A stretch of 64,000 nt of DNA from Octopus bimaculoides (Eukaryota), in the NCBI RefSeq assembly GCF_001194135.2, contig NC_068995.1, positions 36,641,376 to 36,705,375 on the forward strand. The letters are read 5' to 3'. Every line of letters starts with the position of its first letter. Position 1 is the stretch's first letter. Positions 41,761 through 54,274 of this stretch are shown here, piece by piece. The position numbers and the translations under genes are program-made. The notes below the pieces were generated by a model that was not told the DNA's origin, ran no database searches, and saw nothing but the letters and a program-made list of their open reading frames with translations.

Positions 41761-41886
41761 CAAACATTCCTGAACAGAGTTTGAAGTCCGAGGATACCGA
41801 TTCCATTGTCCCTGAAGATTACTATTGCTCCGTTTTTTTATTAAATTCTTCATGTCACTCGGCCCAACAAGTTGGTGTAATAGCAT
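41761..41886 (-). CDS. Candidate alternative first coding exon (MLLHQLVGPSDMKNLIKKRSNSNLQGQWNRYPRTSNSVQECL, phase 0; alternatively MESVSSDFKLCSGMF, phase 1)
   Basis: Open frame just downstream of a CpG/ETS promoter-like region, ending at TTG|gttagt. Confidence 0.35.
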
Positions 41887-41889
41887 GAA

Positions 41890-42010
41890 GGAGAAAGTGT
41901 TGCCGGCCTAACAACACTGACACACACACGCGGTAAAGTGACGCTGTTGAGGTTTAACTTAGGACCCACCCGGACCAGGCACAACGGAAGTGAACCAAAC
42001 CGGAAAAGAA
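41890..42010 (-). promoter_or_regulatory. CpG-retaining housekeeping-type promoter region with ETS-like motifs
   Basis: ACGGAAGTG at 41984-41992, CCGGAAA at 42000-42006 and local CpG enrichment. CpG-depleted DNA starts ~2 kb downstream on the minus strand. Confidence 0.45.
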
Positions 42011-42376
42011 GAAAAAATCAATCACATCAACAATACAAATAGGTTTCGTTAACTTTTTGTTTTTCTTTTCTTTTCTTTTCTTTCGAAGTGGTGGTGGATT
42101 TTTGTTCTTTCTTTTCTGTTAGTCTGACTTTATTTCAGAGAAAAAAAATCGTTTCTCGTACAATAATTACCAAGTCTGAATTTAAATATATATTTCAAAA
42201 ATTACAACAAATATTAGTTTGGATTTGTTGAGTCAGTGTACTTTGTTTGAGAGACGTGTGCAAGGCAGTGGTTACTTTCTTTCACACCCCATCCATTCAT
42301 TTATTTTACTTCGCTCTTTTTCCTATGCTCCTCCCACTTTCTCTGTACTTTTTTCTCATTTTCTTTTCAATACAAA

Positions 42377-42460
<84 letters not shown>
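42377..42460. repeat. Compound (CT)n(AT)n microsatellite
   Basis: Direct reading. Confidence 0.95.
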
Positions 42461-42463
<3 letters not shown>

Positions 42464-42589
42464 CACACAAAAATTGTCACATGTGACATGTTTTCTCTCA
42501 AGTTATAAAATACGCATTTCCAATCTCTTCTCTCCCACCCAAACCACCCCTATCCCTATTATAGTCACACGTAAACATACATTGTCTAT

Positions 42590-43350
42590 ACAATTGTGCC
42601 ACCCGCTCTGAATTTGTTTCCTCATAAATTCCTGAAAAATGGATTATCTTTTGACGGAATTTTCTACGAATATGCTCCAGCTGGTGAAGTTCCGATTATA
42701 TCAGAATTCGTTGTGAAAAAGTTTTTTTCCGAGCGTGGAAAGAGGAGTTTCGAAAAATTTACTTGAGTTGATTTTGTTTCTTCATGAATAGATATTTTTT
42801 AAAGAAATTTTCTATAAATACATTTCAGATGGTGTTATATTACGATTATATCGGAATTTAGTATGCAATAAGAAAAACTGGTAGGCTTGTCTACGTACAT
42901 ATTGACACATCACAAAAGGAAACTTGAAATTTTGAAAACAAGTGTGATGTGTCAGTATGTATGTATACGAACCCACTAGCGTAGATAGAAGGAGAGGGCT
43001 GGGGCTGTACTTTTAAAGGGGTCTGCTGTAGGCAATGTGTGCGAACCCACTATTTTTTTTTCTCTCTCTTTTACATATTAAATTTTGATATAGTCGTAAT
43101 GAACATCTGAAATGTCTTTGTCGAAAATTTCATTAAAAAAATATCCATTTTTCTGAAAGTTATGAAGAAACAAAACCGGCTTTTGTGAAGTTTCAGACCC
43201 CAAACTTTGTTGAAAAAAGTTCGCAATAAATTCCAATATAATCGGAATCTGCACCATTTGAAGCATATTTGTTAAACAAAAAATAGCATTCAAAAATATC
43301 CATTTTGGGGTGGGTTATGAACAAACAAATTCGGGAGGGCACGTTTGTGT
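42590..43350. mobile_element. Foldback-like element with long imperfect inverted arms (related copy at ~39941-40330)
   Basis: acaattgtgccaccc..gaatttgtttcctcataa versus the reverse complement of ttatgaacaaacaaattcgggagggcacgtttgtg; internal repeated aaatggata..ttttttaatgaaattttc motif. Confidence 0.6.
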
Positions 43351-43361
43351 AGCTATGCTCT

Positions 43362-44475
43362 TTTTTTTCTTCTTCTTCACATATCATACCGTCTGTTCCA
43401 GCTCGTATGCGAGCATTGGGTTCGTCAGTTTCTATCCAGTCTCCTAGGAAGACGTTTGTGCCGAATGTGACTTTGGAGTCCGAGTCGGTGGTGAAAGAGT
43501 CGTGGGCAGAATTCGCACAGGATGGTCGGTGCGGATCGAGGATGTTGAAGACGCTCCTTTCTTGTGCGTCTTACCTCCTCATCCTGTTGTCTGTTCTGCT
43601 CGAAGGAGCTGGCTCCATTGCGGATGGCAGTCCTCCAGGCTGTCCTATCCATTGCAATCTGTTCCCATGAGAATGGCTAGATGGTAGTTTGAGCCAGGGT
43701 CCGTTTGAGCTGGTCTTTAAAACGGAATTTCGGGCCTCCTCTGGGTCTTGTTCCGATTGCAAGTTCTCTGTAAAGCATGGTCCTCGGGAGACGAGAGGAC
43801 TCCATATGCTGGATGTGACTTGCTCAGCAGAGACGATGGCAAAGAATGGTAGCTTCGACGCTTGGTAGTGAGGCGCAGCGAAGAACCTCGTTGTTGATAA
43901 TGTGTTCTTCCAATCGAATATTGTGGATCTGTCGTAGGTTGGGTTGCTGGAAGCACTCAAGGTGCTTGAAGTCACGGTGGTACAGCATCCAAGTCTCACG
44001 AGCGTAGAGAAGAGTTGACAGGACTGATACGGAAAACCCAATCTTTGTCTGGATAGTCAACGCATGATTGAAGAATACACGTTGGCTGAGTCTACCGAAG
44101 GCGGAGTGGGCCGCCCTGATCCGGTTCTCCACGTACTTTTCCCATGTGGGTGTCTTCGAAAGAATACTCCCAAAGTTTGAGAAGTGTTCAACTTCTAGGG
44201 GTTAGCTGTTGGTGCTAACATTTGTGGGTGGACTGTTCTGGCCTGGTGCAGGTTGGATCAGTGTCTTGGTCTTTAATGTGTTTAACTGCATACCGAAGCG
44301 TTCATAAGCCGTATTGTAAAGATCTGCCGTCCTTTGTAGGCCATCTACGGTCAGACTCGGGGCGGTATTGTCGTCGGCATACTGCGTTTCACTGACCGAG
44401 ATGGCGGAGGTTCTCGTCTTTGCGTGGAGACGTGAGAGACTGAAGAGTCCGTCATCCAAGTGCTAGCGCATGTTG
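43362..44475 (-). mobile_element. RTE (BovB-like) LINE, 5'-truncated, frameshifted
   Basis: DGLFSLSRLHAKT...QYADD RT motif, C-terminal CEFCPRLFHHRLGLQSHIRH, (GAA)n tail. Confidence 0.85.
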
Positions 44476-44893
44476 ATGGAATCATATGATTATTGATATA
44501 TACATATCATAGTCTTCAATACTGCACGGTCCCCTCAACACACACACACACACACTCTAGCTTTCTCTCAATCATACGTTCACATAAACAATTGCGTAAA
44601 AATATCCGAAAAGCCTTTCATGTCTTGTGATCAAACTTTTTCTCCTCAACGCACCCTCCCTCTTTCTCTCCCCACACCACTTTCTGTCATACAAATATAC
44701 AGACACTTAGTCGTAAGTTCGCTTCTCACTTGCTGAGACATAACGAGAAATTGATTTCACACACATACTGTGTGTGTGTGTGTGTGATTAAAAAGTGAAA
44801 AGAAAAAAGTTACTCTCAGATTTATCTTTTATCTGAGTACTTTATTCTAAGTCATTGGACATAGCTTCTTTTGAATTTGTCAACCCTTAGCAT

Positions 44894-44929
<36 letters not shown>

Positions 44930-44937
<8 letters not shown>

Positions 44938-45565
44938 TGGGGAAGGCCAATTTATGGGATTACCCTAGGTTTCCCATCCATAAAGGGTTCGGCTTTATGG
45001 CGTATTGTTACATCCCAAAAACCTGTTGGCCCAGGACCTCTTAGAAATATGGAGGGGGAAATGCCTCACTACTCAAAGGTAATAATTGGAGATTATCTCC
45101 CTTTGCTATTGGCAATCGACTTCCAGCTGTGCCACCATCTTGTAGGCTCCAGGTAGCAGGAACCTCCTGAAATGTAAACATGGCCCGAAAATTTCCGTTC
45201 ATGGAGTTGTAGTAACGCCGTGCGCATGCGTAGTCTCACGCATGCGTGGAATTAAACAAGCAAGCTTTCCCGCTTAATTCTATCTCTTTCTCGGTCGGCC
45301 GGCCATGAGCATGGACGTGTCAAGCAGTGTCTCCAACATTCCAACTCTGGAGACAGTCTCTTTACGTGTTTAGCTGTCACTCTCCATCTTTCGGACTTAC
45401 ACTCGACAGCTCGCTTACATCTACATAACAACATCCCAACAACTATACTCACACACACAGAAGCTGTAACAACAAGAGCTAAAGATGTATATATTTACCA
45501 CCTGAATAAATGTTGTTTAAGTTGATAGTCTGGAGTTCAGCATTCCGTTATATTTCTTAATATTA
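44930..45565 (+). mobile_element. LTR-like segment, probably of an LTR retrotransposon
   Basis: CpG-rich non-coding block with TGTTAC at ~45006, AATAAA near 45506 and a purine tract at 44933-44945. No second LTR is seen. Confidence 0.45.
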
Positions 45566-45589
45566 TATAGGAAAGTCAGGTATACATCT

Positions 45590-46110
45590 AATGATGTATA
45601 ACCAACTTTCCTATAGAGTTACGGGTGTTCCTTGGTTTAAGCGAGTCTTTTAGGATTCTCACGCATTCACCTATGCATAACTTGCAATGCTTTGTCCCGT
45701 TGGTGTGGGAGCCTGGGTTCTTGAGGATTTTCCATGAGACCAAGTATGGAATCCTATCATCTCTTAGTTGCCAGATGTAGCTGGCCAGTGATGTTACTTA
45801 TCTCCTTTCTAGAACTCTGAAGGAGGACTTGTGGTTGGAGAGACATTACTTAAAAGAATTCCCAGAACATCCAATGTATCTCCATGGGCGTGTGTTGTTG
45901 GTGCTGTACCTTCGTGGGCATGTGTTGTCGGTGCTGTACGTGCTGGTGTCACTGTTGTTGTTGTTGCTGTGGCTGCCAATATGTTGTTGTTGGAGCTGGG
46001 ACTGCTGATGTTAATCAAAGAGTACAATATTTATATATCCATCACAGCCAATCTTACTAATCGGTTTCGTACAAAGGATTCAGTGGTTTGTTAGGTAAAA
46101 GTTCAATTAT
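45590..46110 (-). mobile_element. Penelope-like element remnant (GIY-YIG endonuclease C-terminal region)
   Basis: TSLASYIWQLRDDRIPYLVSWKIL...CKLCIGE matches the PLE pattern LS.YIW.LK....I.W.I...C.LC..E. Contains an internal 30-bp duplication (TAPTTHAHEG x2). Confidence 0.65.
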
Positions 46111-46339
46111 GTATCCCTTGTGCTCTTCAGAGGTAGCCATTATGGAATGGAATATGGTTGTTTGTTGACAAATTTTCCCGCTTTGTAAGGGTAATTTACC
46201 CAATATTTCTGCTGTTCTAATGATGTCTCTGCATTCGAAAATATATTTATCATCTTATTTGTATCTTACAATGCACATTTCCACACTTACAAAAAAAAAA
46301 CAAATGTTAGTTTGTTTATATATATTTGTAAATATGTGG

Positions 46340-48210
46340 GTCAGATGTAGTGGAAGGGGCATACGGATGGCAAAAATTGTAATAGTTCAAAGTGCAACAC
46401 TTGTATTTAAGCCAAAATGTAATGTACTGTTCACAGAGCTAGAACAGGTAAATAAGGAACTTGAAAGCCTAGGAATAATCGAGAAGGACCACTGAGATTG
46501 GGTAGCACCTATGGTCTACATAAAAAAGAAAAATAATAAGTTATGAGTTTGTGCAGATTTTTCAACAGGTTTAAATGATTGCTTAAGGTCACATAACTAC
46601 TCATTGTCAAATCCTGAGGAAGCGTTCACAAAATTGAATGGAGAGAAATTCTTCTCAAAATTAGACCTCTCAGAAGCATACTTTCAAATCCAAGTAGAAG
46701 AAGAATTCTCACACTTATTAGCCATTAATACACACAGTGGTTTATTTAAATCTAAGCAGCTTCCCTTCTGTTTAAAAAGTGCTCCTTCCATTTTTCAACA
46801 AGTAATGGATGGGTGACTGTGATTTTGCTATTTAGATGATATCTTAATAAAAACCAAATCACACAAACAACATGTAAAACACTTAAAAAAGGTATTCGAA
46901 AACAAGAGGATATGGCTTGGAGCTGAGTGAAGAAAAATGTGAGTTCTTTCTGAAAAAATGAAATATTTGGGCCAGATAATAGATGAAAACAGACGGAAAC
47001 CAGATCCATCCAGAGCAACTATGATAAAAAATATGCCCATGTCGAATAATGTGACTATCCTACAAGCATTTTGGGGATTAGTAAATTACTACCAATTGTA
47101 TATTCCCAATATACACAATGTAAGGGACCCACTAAATGATTTTTTAAAGAAAAATACAAAATGGTGCTGGACTGATAAGTGCCAGAAGGCATTTGACAAA
47201 TTAAAAAACATTTTAACATCAAACTTATCGTTAACGCATTTTGATCTGAAGCTACAGATGCAAGTTATTACGGTGTAGGATCAGTGCTTCTGCACAAATA
47301 TGACAATGGCCTATGCATCACGACCATTATTACTAGCCGAAAGGGACTGCAGCCGAATAGAAAAGGAAGCGTTAGCAATTATATTCGATGTAAAAAAATT
47401 CCGTAGAGTTACGCATGGAAGAAGTTTCTGTCTAAAAAGAGATCACCATCCACTACTATCGATATATGGTTCTAAAAAGGGAATGCTAACACACACAGCT
47501 AATAGACTACAGTGATGGGGCACTACATTGCTGAATTATGATTTCAAAATGGAATATTTACTGTCAAAGAAACTAAGGCATGCGGAGGGTTTGTCCAAAC
47601 TGATACCAAAACACTGTGAGTCATTCGAAGATATGGTAATTGCAGCATTAAGATCAGAAGGAGAAATAAAAAATGTAATGTGGAATGTAGTAAGCGAATT
47701 ACTGGTGACCCTAGAAGACATAAAACAAAACGCAGAAAAGGACAAATTCATAACAAAAATGAAAAGAATATTGAGGACAGGAACAGGATTGGTGTGAAAC
47801 AAAATCAAGATGTGAACCTATACTCAATTTGTGATAGTGTACTGATGTCTGCACAGAAAGTAGTAATACCTGAAACACTACAAACGAAAATGTTGAGCAA
47901 ATTCCATGTTGGACATCTTGGTATTTTGGGGATGAAAGCTTTAATGCATAGCTACATGTACTGGTCAAAAATGGATAGAGAAATTGAAAATTTAGTGAAA
48001 GGCTGCAGAGGATATGCTCTAGCAGCAAAATTACCAATGATAAAAAGTGAACCTTAGCCAAAAGTAGATGTTCCTTGGTCGAGGCTACACACTGATTTCA
48101 CTGGTCCTTAGTGGTAGTAGATAGTTTCTCTAAATGGTCAGAAATTTGTAAGTATAAAAAGCCAAACTCCTCAATTACAACAAACTTTCAACATGAGCTG
48201 TTTGTGAGAT
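46340..48210 (+). mobile_element. Ty3/Gypsy pol remnant (RT-RNaseH-integrase N-terminus)
   Basis: FFSKLDLSEAYFQI, YLDDILI, KYLGQIID, IEKEALAIIF, DHHPLLSIYG and integrase HHCC region, with many stops and frameshifts. Confidence 0.9.
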
Positions 48211-48565
48211 TTGGTGAGTACAGAAAATACCAATTCTATCTTTTTATTTGGTATATATTAAACATCATTACTGAAATAATCACAAAATTAATTTTGTAGC
48301 TATAACGATAAGCCTGTTGCTCATCAACCCTCTTAACAACCAACCCAGAACTTTAACGGTGTTCCTAAATCTGATTCAACACGTTTTTATACCCACAACA
48401 CCAAAAGGATGAAAAGCAAAATCAAGCTCTGCAGCACTTGAACTCAGAACGTAAAGAGCAAGACGTCATGCCACTAAGTCTTTTGTCTGGCACAGTAATG
48501 AATCTACCAGCTCACTGCCTTAGATACCCAAAACATTATAATAGGTAAAAATGTACACAGCTTAC

Positions 48566-48637
48566 CTTGGCCTCTGCACTGTTCATATTTTTGTTGCATT
48601 CAATAACTTTTGGTGATTTCCAATCTGTCTTTTCCAT
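48566..48637 (-). CDS. Candidate first coding exon (exon 48566-48640) encoding MEKTDWKSPKVIECNKNMNSAEAK
   Basis: Reads gtattttcag|ACCATGG...GCCAAG|gtaag: 75-nt exon, Kozak-like ATG, only this frame open, phase-0 donor. Confidence 0.6.
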
Positions 48638-48729
48638 GGTCTGAAAATACAATCAGTTTAAACTTGCCAGTAAGTGGAAAAAAGAGTTATGCAGTAGTAG
48701 TTGTAGTAGTAGTAGTAGTCCTCTCAGCC

Positions 48730-49190
48730 AATACGTTGATTTTTAAAAGTTGCCAGATCTTGCGTCTACAAAGTTTGTAAGGAGCTAGAGACTGAAGATG
48801 GAAACATATCACTAGTATCAAAGCATAAAAAGCATTCTAAATGCTCTGAAATCATCAGAACACCTGAATTTATCCAGTTAGTTCAACAGACCATTGATTA
48901 CAATCCCAGAAAGTCCATGAAGTCAACTGCAAAAGATCTCCATGTGTTACAAGGAACAGTCAGAAATGTTGTCCATGAAAACATCAGATATAAGTCTTAT
49001 ATGATTAGGAAAGTCAATTTGTCAGAAAAAGCAAAAGAAAATGACTACCTCAGCTCTAAAAGGCTCTTAAACAAACTGAAAAATCCAGAAGAAGATTTGA
49101 TTTGGTTCTTCTCAAACGAGAAAAACTACAACCAAGAGCAAAAAGTTAACAGTTTTCATCATTCTTGACACAGTCAAGGAGATTTTGTGC
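48730..49190 (+). mobile_element. DD37D/maT-like transposase 5' remnant
   Basis: MKSTAKDLHV...VHENIRYKSY...KRLLNKLKNP...WFFSNEKN (HTH plus first catalytic Asp region). Confidence 0.7.
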
Positions 49191-49929
49191 AACTGAAATC
49201 CAAATTTTGTATTGATTTAGCTCATCTGTATATAGGAGTTCCAGTCCTAGACTCCTCTAATATAGCTAACAGATAACAAGTCTGAGACTCCTCTAATATA
49301 GCTGGGAGGATTCATAGTTTAGAACTGAGTCCTGATGGATACCAACTAGCATGCTTTCTTTCTTAGAGAACTCTTGTTAATTCTCACTTTGCACATGATT
49401 TTCAAGGTTTTTGCAACTATTCATCTTCATCTATCCCTTGTTTTCTTAGCAAGTATCAGGTTATATCGTGGATACTAATATAAAAGTATTTTCATATGCT
49501 TCTATTTGCAAAGATGCTTAAGCCTTCGTGTAAATATTGCTGCCTGTGTAGGCAACATCCCTACTCATATTGATCATCCAGCCTCAAATTCAGCCTAACA
49601 CCATCAACATCAAGTCTGGTTACTCCCATGAAAAGACTACAGTTGTTTGTGTGTGTGTGAGGACATAAGTATATATTAGGGTAAATAGGTTTTTTTTGTA
49701 TGCACAAATATACATGTGCCTATATTATTTCAGTGTTTGCACATGTTTAAGGGTAGGTCTACTAATGTATCACTTATTGACTGCATCTATTTATGGATAT
49801 TTCGAATTTACTATATTGATTATTGATCAAATTTGGTATCTGTTTTCTATATATTATTTCATTTATTCATTTGCAATGGGTGCCTTAAATACAGAAGGCT
49901 CAAAAGAAATGAAGCAAACTTGCTCCAGT

Positions 49930-50133
49930 AGATGAACTCCAGAGCACACATGAGCTGAGAGAGAAACTGAGTATAAGAGGGATTAAGTGAAGTGTGCAAA
50001 AGAAAAAGATGTACTAGCACGGGTATGTGATGCATATAAAGGATGACAGCTGTATAAGGCAGTATTAAGCACTCAAAGAAGTGGGAGACCAAGAAAGACT
50101 TGGGACAAAGTAATGAAAACTGATCTGAAAAAA
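49930..50133 (+). mobile_element. RTE LINE C-terminal remnant abutting the tandem array
   Basis: ELREKLSIRGI...GRPRKTWDKVMKTDL pattern. Confidence 0.55.
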
Positions 50134-50217
50134 AATCTAGCACTCCCACTCAGCTCAAAACAATATCTGTGTATCATGATTATTTCCCTTCATCAGCAGG
50201 GAATAATTGTTCAGCTA

Positions 50218-52029
50218 GAAGTATATTCTTTATCACAGACACAAGACCTAAACACAGAGGGGACATACGGGAACAAAAAACACATGAACGGATGAATGTA
50301 AAATGAACTAAATTAGAATAAAAATGAGACAGCTATTTCGCTCCCGCTCCGAAATGAAACCGTGAATTCATTTTTCCTTTAAAACTTTACATTTTAAATA
50401 ATAATTTCCAACCCCGCTCTGAGGCGAAACTGCGACTTCTCTTTCCGTTTTCACCTTACAATTTTAAAGAAAACGTTTTTAAACAAATATTCATTTATAT
50501 AGTTACAGGATTTACTTATTTCCTTTTACTTTTTTTTAAACCAAAAAGTTCAACCAAATATTTTTCTCAGTCTTTCACAGCCCCTAAAATAAATCATGAC
50601 TTACCACTTCATCTCCTTTTCTTCCGCGTAATTCACCACCAAGGTGTGAGGTTCAATATCCACCTCCAGCCTCAGTGGGTTCACTCTTTCATAATGTCTT
50701 TCAATTTTGAAATTCATTCAACTTTTAGGGTGTCCTACTTCATTTAAAAATCTTGCTCCTGCTTGTATCTTGTGTGTGTGTTTTTTTTGGCTCTGTATTT
50801 CTGTAATTCTTGGCTTCCGTGTGTCTGTGTCTGTGCTTTTGTTTGACTGTAATTCTGCGTGTTTCATCTGTGTGTCTATGTCTTTAGGTTTCTGTAATTT
50901 TGAGTTATCTTGTTTCTGTTCGTCTATACTTCTGTGTTTTTGCATGTCTATGTACTTGAGTGTCTGTGGGTCAGAATGTTTCTGTACTTGTAAGTCTTTT
51001 ACTGGTGATCCTACTGGTAAATCTTCCCTGTTTCTTGTCATAGGTTGGGTTTCCTCTTCTGTTGCTTTGTACTTCTTCAATTCCACTATCGTTGGTGACT
51101 TCCTCCTCTCTCCTTTTCTTGTTTTCACCTCCTCAAAGTTCCCATCTTGTTCTGTTATCTGTTTCTGCTGTTTCTCTACCATTCTATTCTCCTGAATACT
51201 CTCCTCTACAATTTCCACTGCTTCTCTAGAGCATTTCTTTCTCAAATGCTCTCTTTCACCACATTCGTAACACTTTGGGGGTCTCCCCTTTAACATAATC
51301 TCCAGCTTTTCTCCATTTGGTAGCTCTAAAGTTTCAGGTATTTCATTATAATATTTCAGGCTCACTGCACAGATTATCTCTAATCCATAACCCCCACCAC
51401 ATCACTTGTTGAGTTCGGCTTATCGTGCCCATCCTCACATCTTTGCTTTCTCTCCTCATCTCTGAATAAAGAATCGCCACTATTATCCACTCTAGTTCTA
51501 TCGACGGTGGGATTCTTCCCATCCTAATTCTGACAATTCTTCTGTCCAAACAGTTTGGCATCAAAGTCCATTTTTCTCCCTGTATCAGCCTGTTGGAGGC
51601 CTTTTCTGATAAAAAGGTTACTATTATCGACGCATATCTCTTTCCTCTTGTAAAGAACATTATGCTGTCTGCTATATGTTCTTCCAAAATTTCTTCTATT
51701 TCTGTGCGTTCAATTCTTCTATTTTTATTCAAAAATGTTCTGAATATGACCGTCTTCTTTTCCATTTTCACTTTTTCCTCCTCTGGCAGGGTCATTTTGA
51801 TATTTGACCCTTCCTTCTCTACCATACTACTATATTTCTTTATCAACTCTCCATCCCAATGTAACATCTCCTGTTTCAGCACACATGGGTCTCGGGGAAC
51901 TCGATCTCCAGTAGCTGCCACATAACTTCTCATTTTTCTCAGTTATTCACCACCACCCAACAATGGTGGCCTTGCACAAAAAATTTGGCTAGAGTTCTTC
52001 AAAAAACAAAAAAACTGTTCAGGTAGAGG
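50218..52029 (-). mobile_element. Array unit 1: RT-less L1/Tx1-ORF1-like element (frameshifted ORF 51933-50718)
   Basis: MRSYVAAT N-terminus, RRM-like RIVRIRMGRIPP, zinc knuckle GRPPKCYECGEREHLRKKC. A 1-nt frameshift near 51390 relative to unit 3. No endonuclease or RT between ORF and 3' end. Confidence 0.7.
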
Positions 52030-52375
52030 TGGTGCTGCCAAATTCCCATTTGAAATATATAATTTTCAAAGTGACAACTAGTCGCTGATCTATAAATTAG
52101 AAAATTACTATTTGTAAATCTCACAATGAGAGATATTCAGCAACAGTACTTTGGAGTAAAGATTATTTGCCAACATAACATGGCAGTCCTAGTTATGACA
52201 AATGTTGCTGTAATTTAGCCCCAGGAGACATCGTCTCCAGCTGGCTATACGACACGATCTGTCCTTATATTTTTGAACAAGGGAATCTAGCACCCCCATT
52301 CAGCTCAAAGCAATATCTGTGCATCATGATTTCCGGGTTATTTCCCTTTATCAGTACAAAATAATTGTTCAGCTA
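52030..52375 (-). repeat. ~346-bp array spacer (partial copies at 50134-50217, 55853-55978, inverted at 55981-56114)
   Basis: Direct sequence identity among the copies; TATATAT 32 nt upstream of the unit 5' end. Confidence 0.75.
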
Positions 52376-53225
52376 TTGGTTTATTCTTTATTCTAGACAC
52401 AAGGCCCAAACACAGTGGGGACAAACAACAAGTGAAAATGAATGAATGAATATAATACAATGATATGAGACGGCTATCTCCGCCCCACTCCGAGACGAAA
52501 CGGTGACCTCCTTTTTCCTTTCAAACCTACATTTCAATGAAAACGTTTTTATACAATTAAATCAAACATTCTTACAGTCTTTTCTCTCCCCCCCCCCTTT
52601 TTGTATCGTTCTTTTTCTTAAACGAACTCATATCCAATTAAAGTTAATACCATATAAATCCAGTAATTTATCATAGTCTATTCCGTCCGGTACTTCGTTT
52701 GTGTCAAATATCATTTTTCTGTATTCCGCGCTTTATTTACAGTCTCTATTTTCATTCTGTGTTCTGGCACCAATGTGCCTACAACCATTTTTTCTTTTTT
52801 CATTCCCTTCATGTCTATCACTTTTTTCATCTTTCCATTGTACTAACTTATCCACCACATCCTTTCTTACATCTTTCAATGAAGCGCAAACAAAACAAGT
52901 GGGAAGGTCGTTTTGCGGTTATTTTTATGACTGCTGTTTTTTTTCTTTTTTGTGTCGGAGAGGAATGGGTTGGTTTGTTGTCTGCAGGGGGAGGGTGGGG
53001 TTGAGAGGGTATGGGTGGGGTTCACTTAAGCTGTCCTTTTTCCTCTTCCTCTGTTTTCTTCCTGTATTTTCCCATCAATCTTCCTCATTTCTTTCTTCTA
53101 TCCTTTCCGGTTCCTTCTCTGCTCTTTCCTGGTTTGGCTTATTTTTCAGAGGGCAGTCCGCTTTCATCACTGTTTCTCCAACTGTCTCCAATTGTTTTCG
53201 TTTCACCTACATTTTCACTGGTATT
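52376..53225 (-). mobile_element. Array unit 2 (3' part; runs into gap), divergent coding remnant with shared 3' UTR
   Basis: 3' end (AATAAA at 52387-52392, gacacaaggcccaaacacag) is homologous to units 1, 3 and 4. The interior differs (KADCPLKNK..., Lys/Glu-rich, with stops). Confidence 0.55.
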
Positions 53226-54274
53226 NNNNNNNNNNNNNNNNNNNNNNNNNNNNNNNNNNNNNNNNNNNNNNNNNNNNNNNNNNNNNNNNNNNNNNNNNNN
53301 NNNNNNNNNNNNNNNNNNNNNNNNNNNNNNNNNNNNNNNNNNNNNNNNNNNNNNNNNNNNNNNNNNNNNNNNNNNNNNNNNNNNNNNNNNNNNNNNNNNN
53401 NNNNNNNNNNNNNNNNNNNNNNNNNNNNNNNNNNNNNNNNNNNNNNNNNNNNNNNNNNNNNNNNNNNNNNNNNNNNNNNNNNNNNNNNNNNNNNNNNNNN
53501 NNNNNNNNNNNNNNNNNNNNNNNNNNNNNNNNNNNNNNNNNNNNNNNNNNNNNNNNNNNNNNNNNNNNNNNNNNNNNNNNNNNNNNNNNNNNNNNNNNNN
53601 NNNNNNNNNNNNNNNNNNNNNNNNNNNNNNNNNNNNNNNNNNNNNNNNNNNNNNNNNNNNNNNNNNNNNNNNNNNNNNNNNNNNNNNNNNNNNNNNNNNN
53701 NNNNNNNNNNNNNNNNNNNNNNNNNNNNNNNNNNNNNNNNNNNNNNNNNNNNNNNNNNNNNNNNNNNNAAAGACATGCAGGAACAAAAAACACATGAAGG
53801 AATGAATGTAAATGAATTAAATTTCAAAGAAAATGAGATGGTCATCTTGATCCTACTCCGAGATGAAACCATGAACTCCCTTTTTTTTTTTTCCTTTTTA
53901 AACCAACATTTTAGCTAACAATTTCCCACCCAGATCAGAGGGGAAACCGCGACTTACATCTTCCCTTTCACCTTACATTATAAAAAACCTTTTGAAAACC
54001 AGTTTACTCAACAGTTGCAAGATTTACTTGTTTTTCCATAAAAAGTTCAAATAAATGTTTTTCTCAGTTACAGTTTTTACAAAAATATAACGACTTACCA
54101 CTTCTCCTTTTCCATAATTCACCACCGAGGTGCGAGGTTCAGCATCTACCTCGGGCCTCAGTGGGTTCAGTCTCTCACAATGTGTTCATTTGACTGTAAT
54201 TCTACGTGTTTCGTCTGTGTGTCTAAGTAATTCTAAGTTTCCGTAATTCTGGGTTGTCTTGTTTCTGTTCATTA

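Noticed and set aside
48566-48637. Resemblance of DWKSPKVIECNKNM to the DWQ..KS..ECN..M leader of molluscan BTB/POZ proteins
   Set aside because: The similarity is short and from memory, and no BTB-encoding exon was found in the window, so no gene name was assigned.
52030-52045. TGGCAGC as a possible tRNA-Leu primer-binding site making the spacer an LTR
   Set aside because: Only 7 nt match, it is not conserved in the second copy (TGGCAGT), and the spacer lacks TG...CA ends.
52320-52360. Hammerhead-like string in the array spacer (CTGATAA/CTGATGA-AGGG-aaataa-CCC-GGAAA)
   Set aside because: The core is not intact in either copy, the closing stem II pair is mismatched, and there is no consistent NUH site with a stem I.
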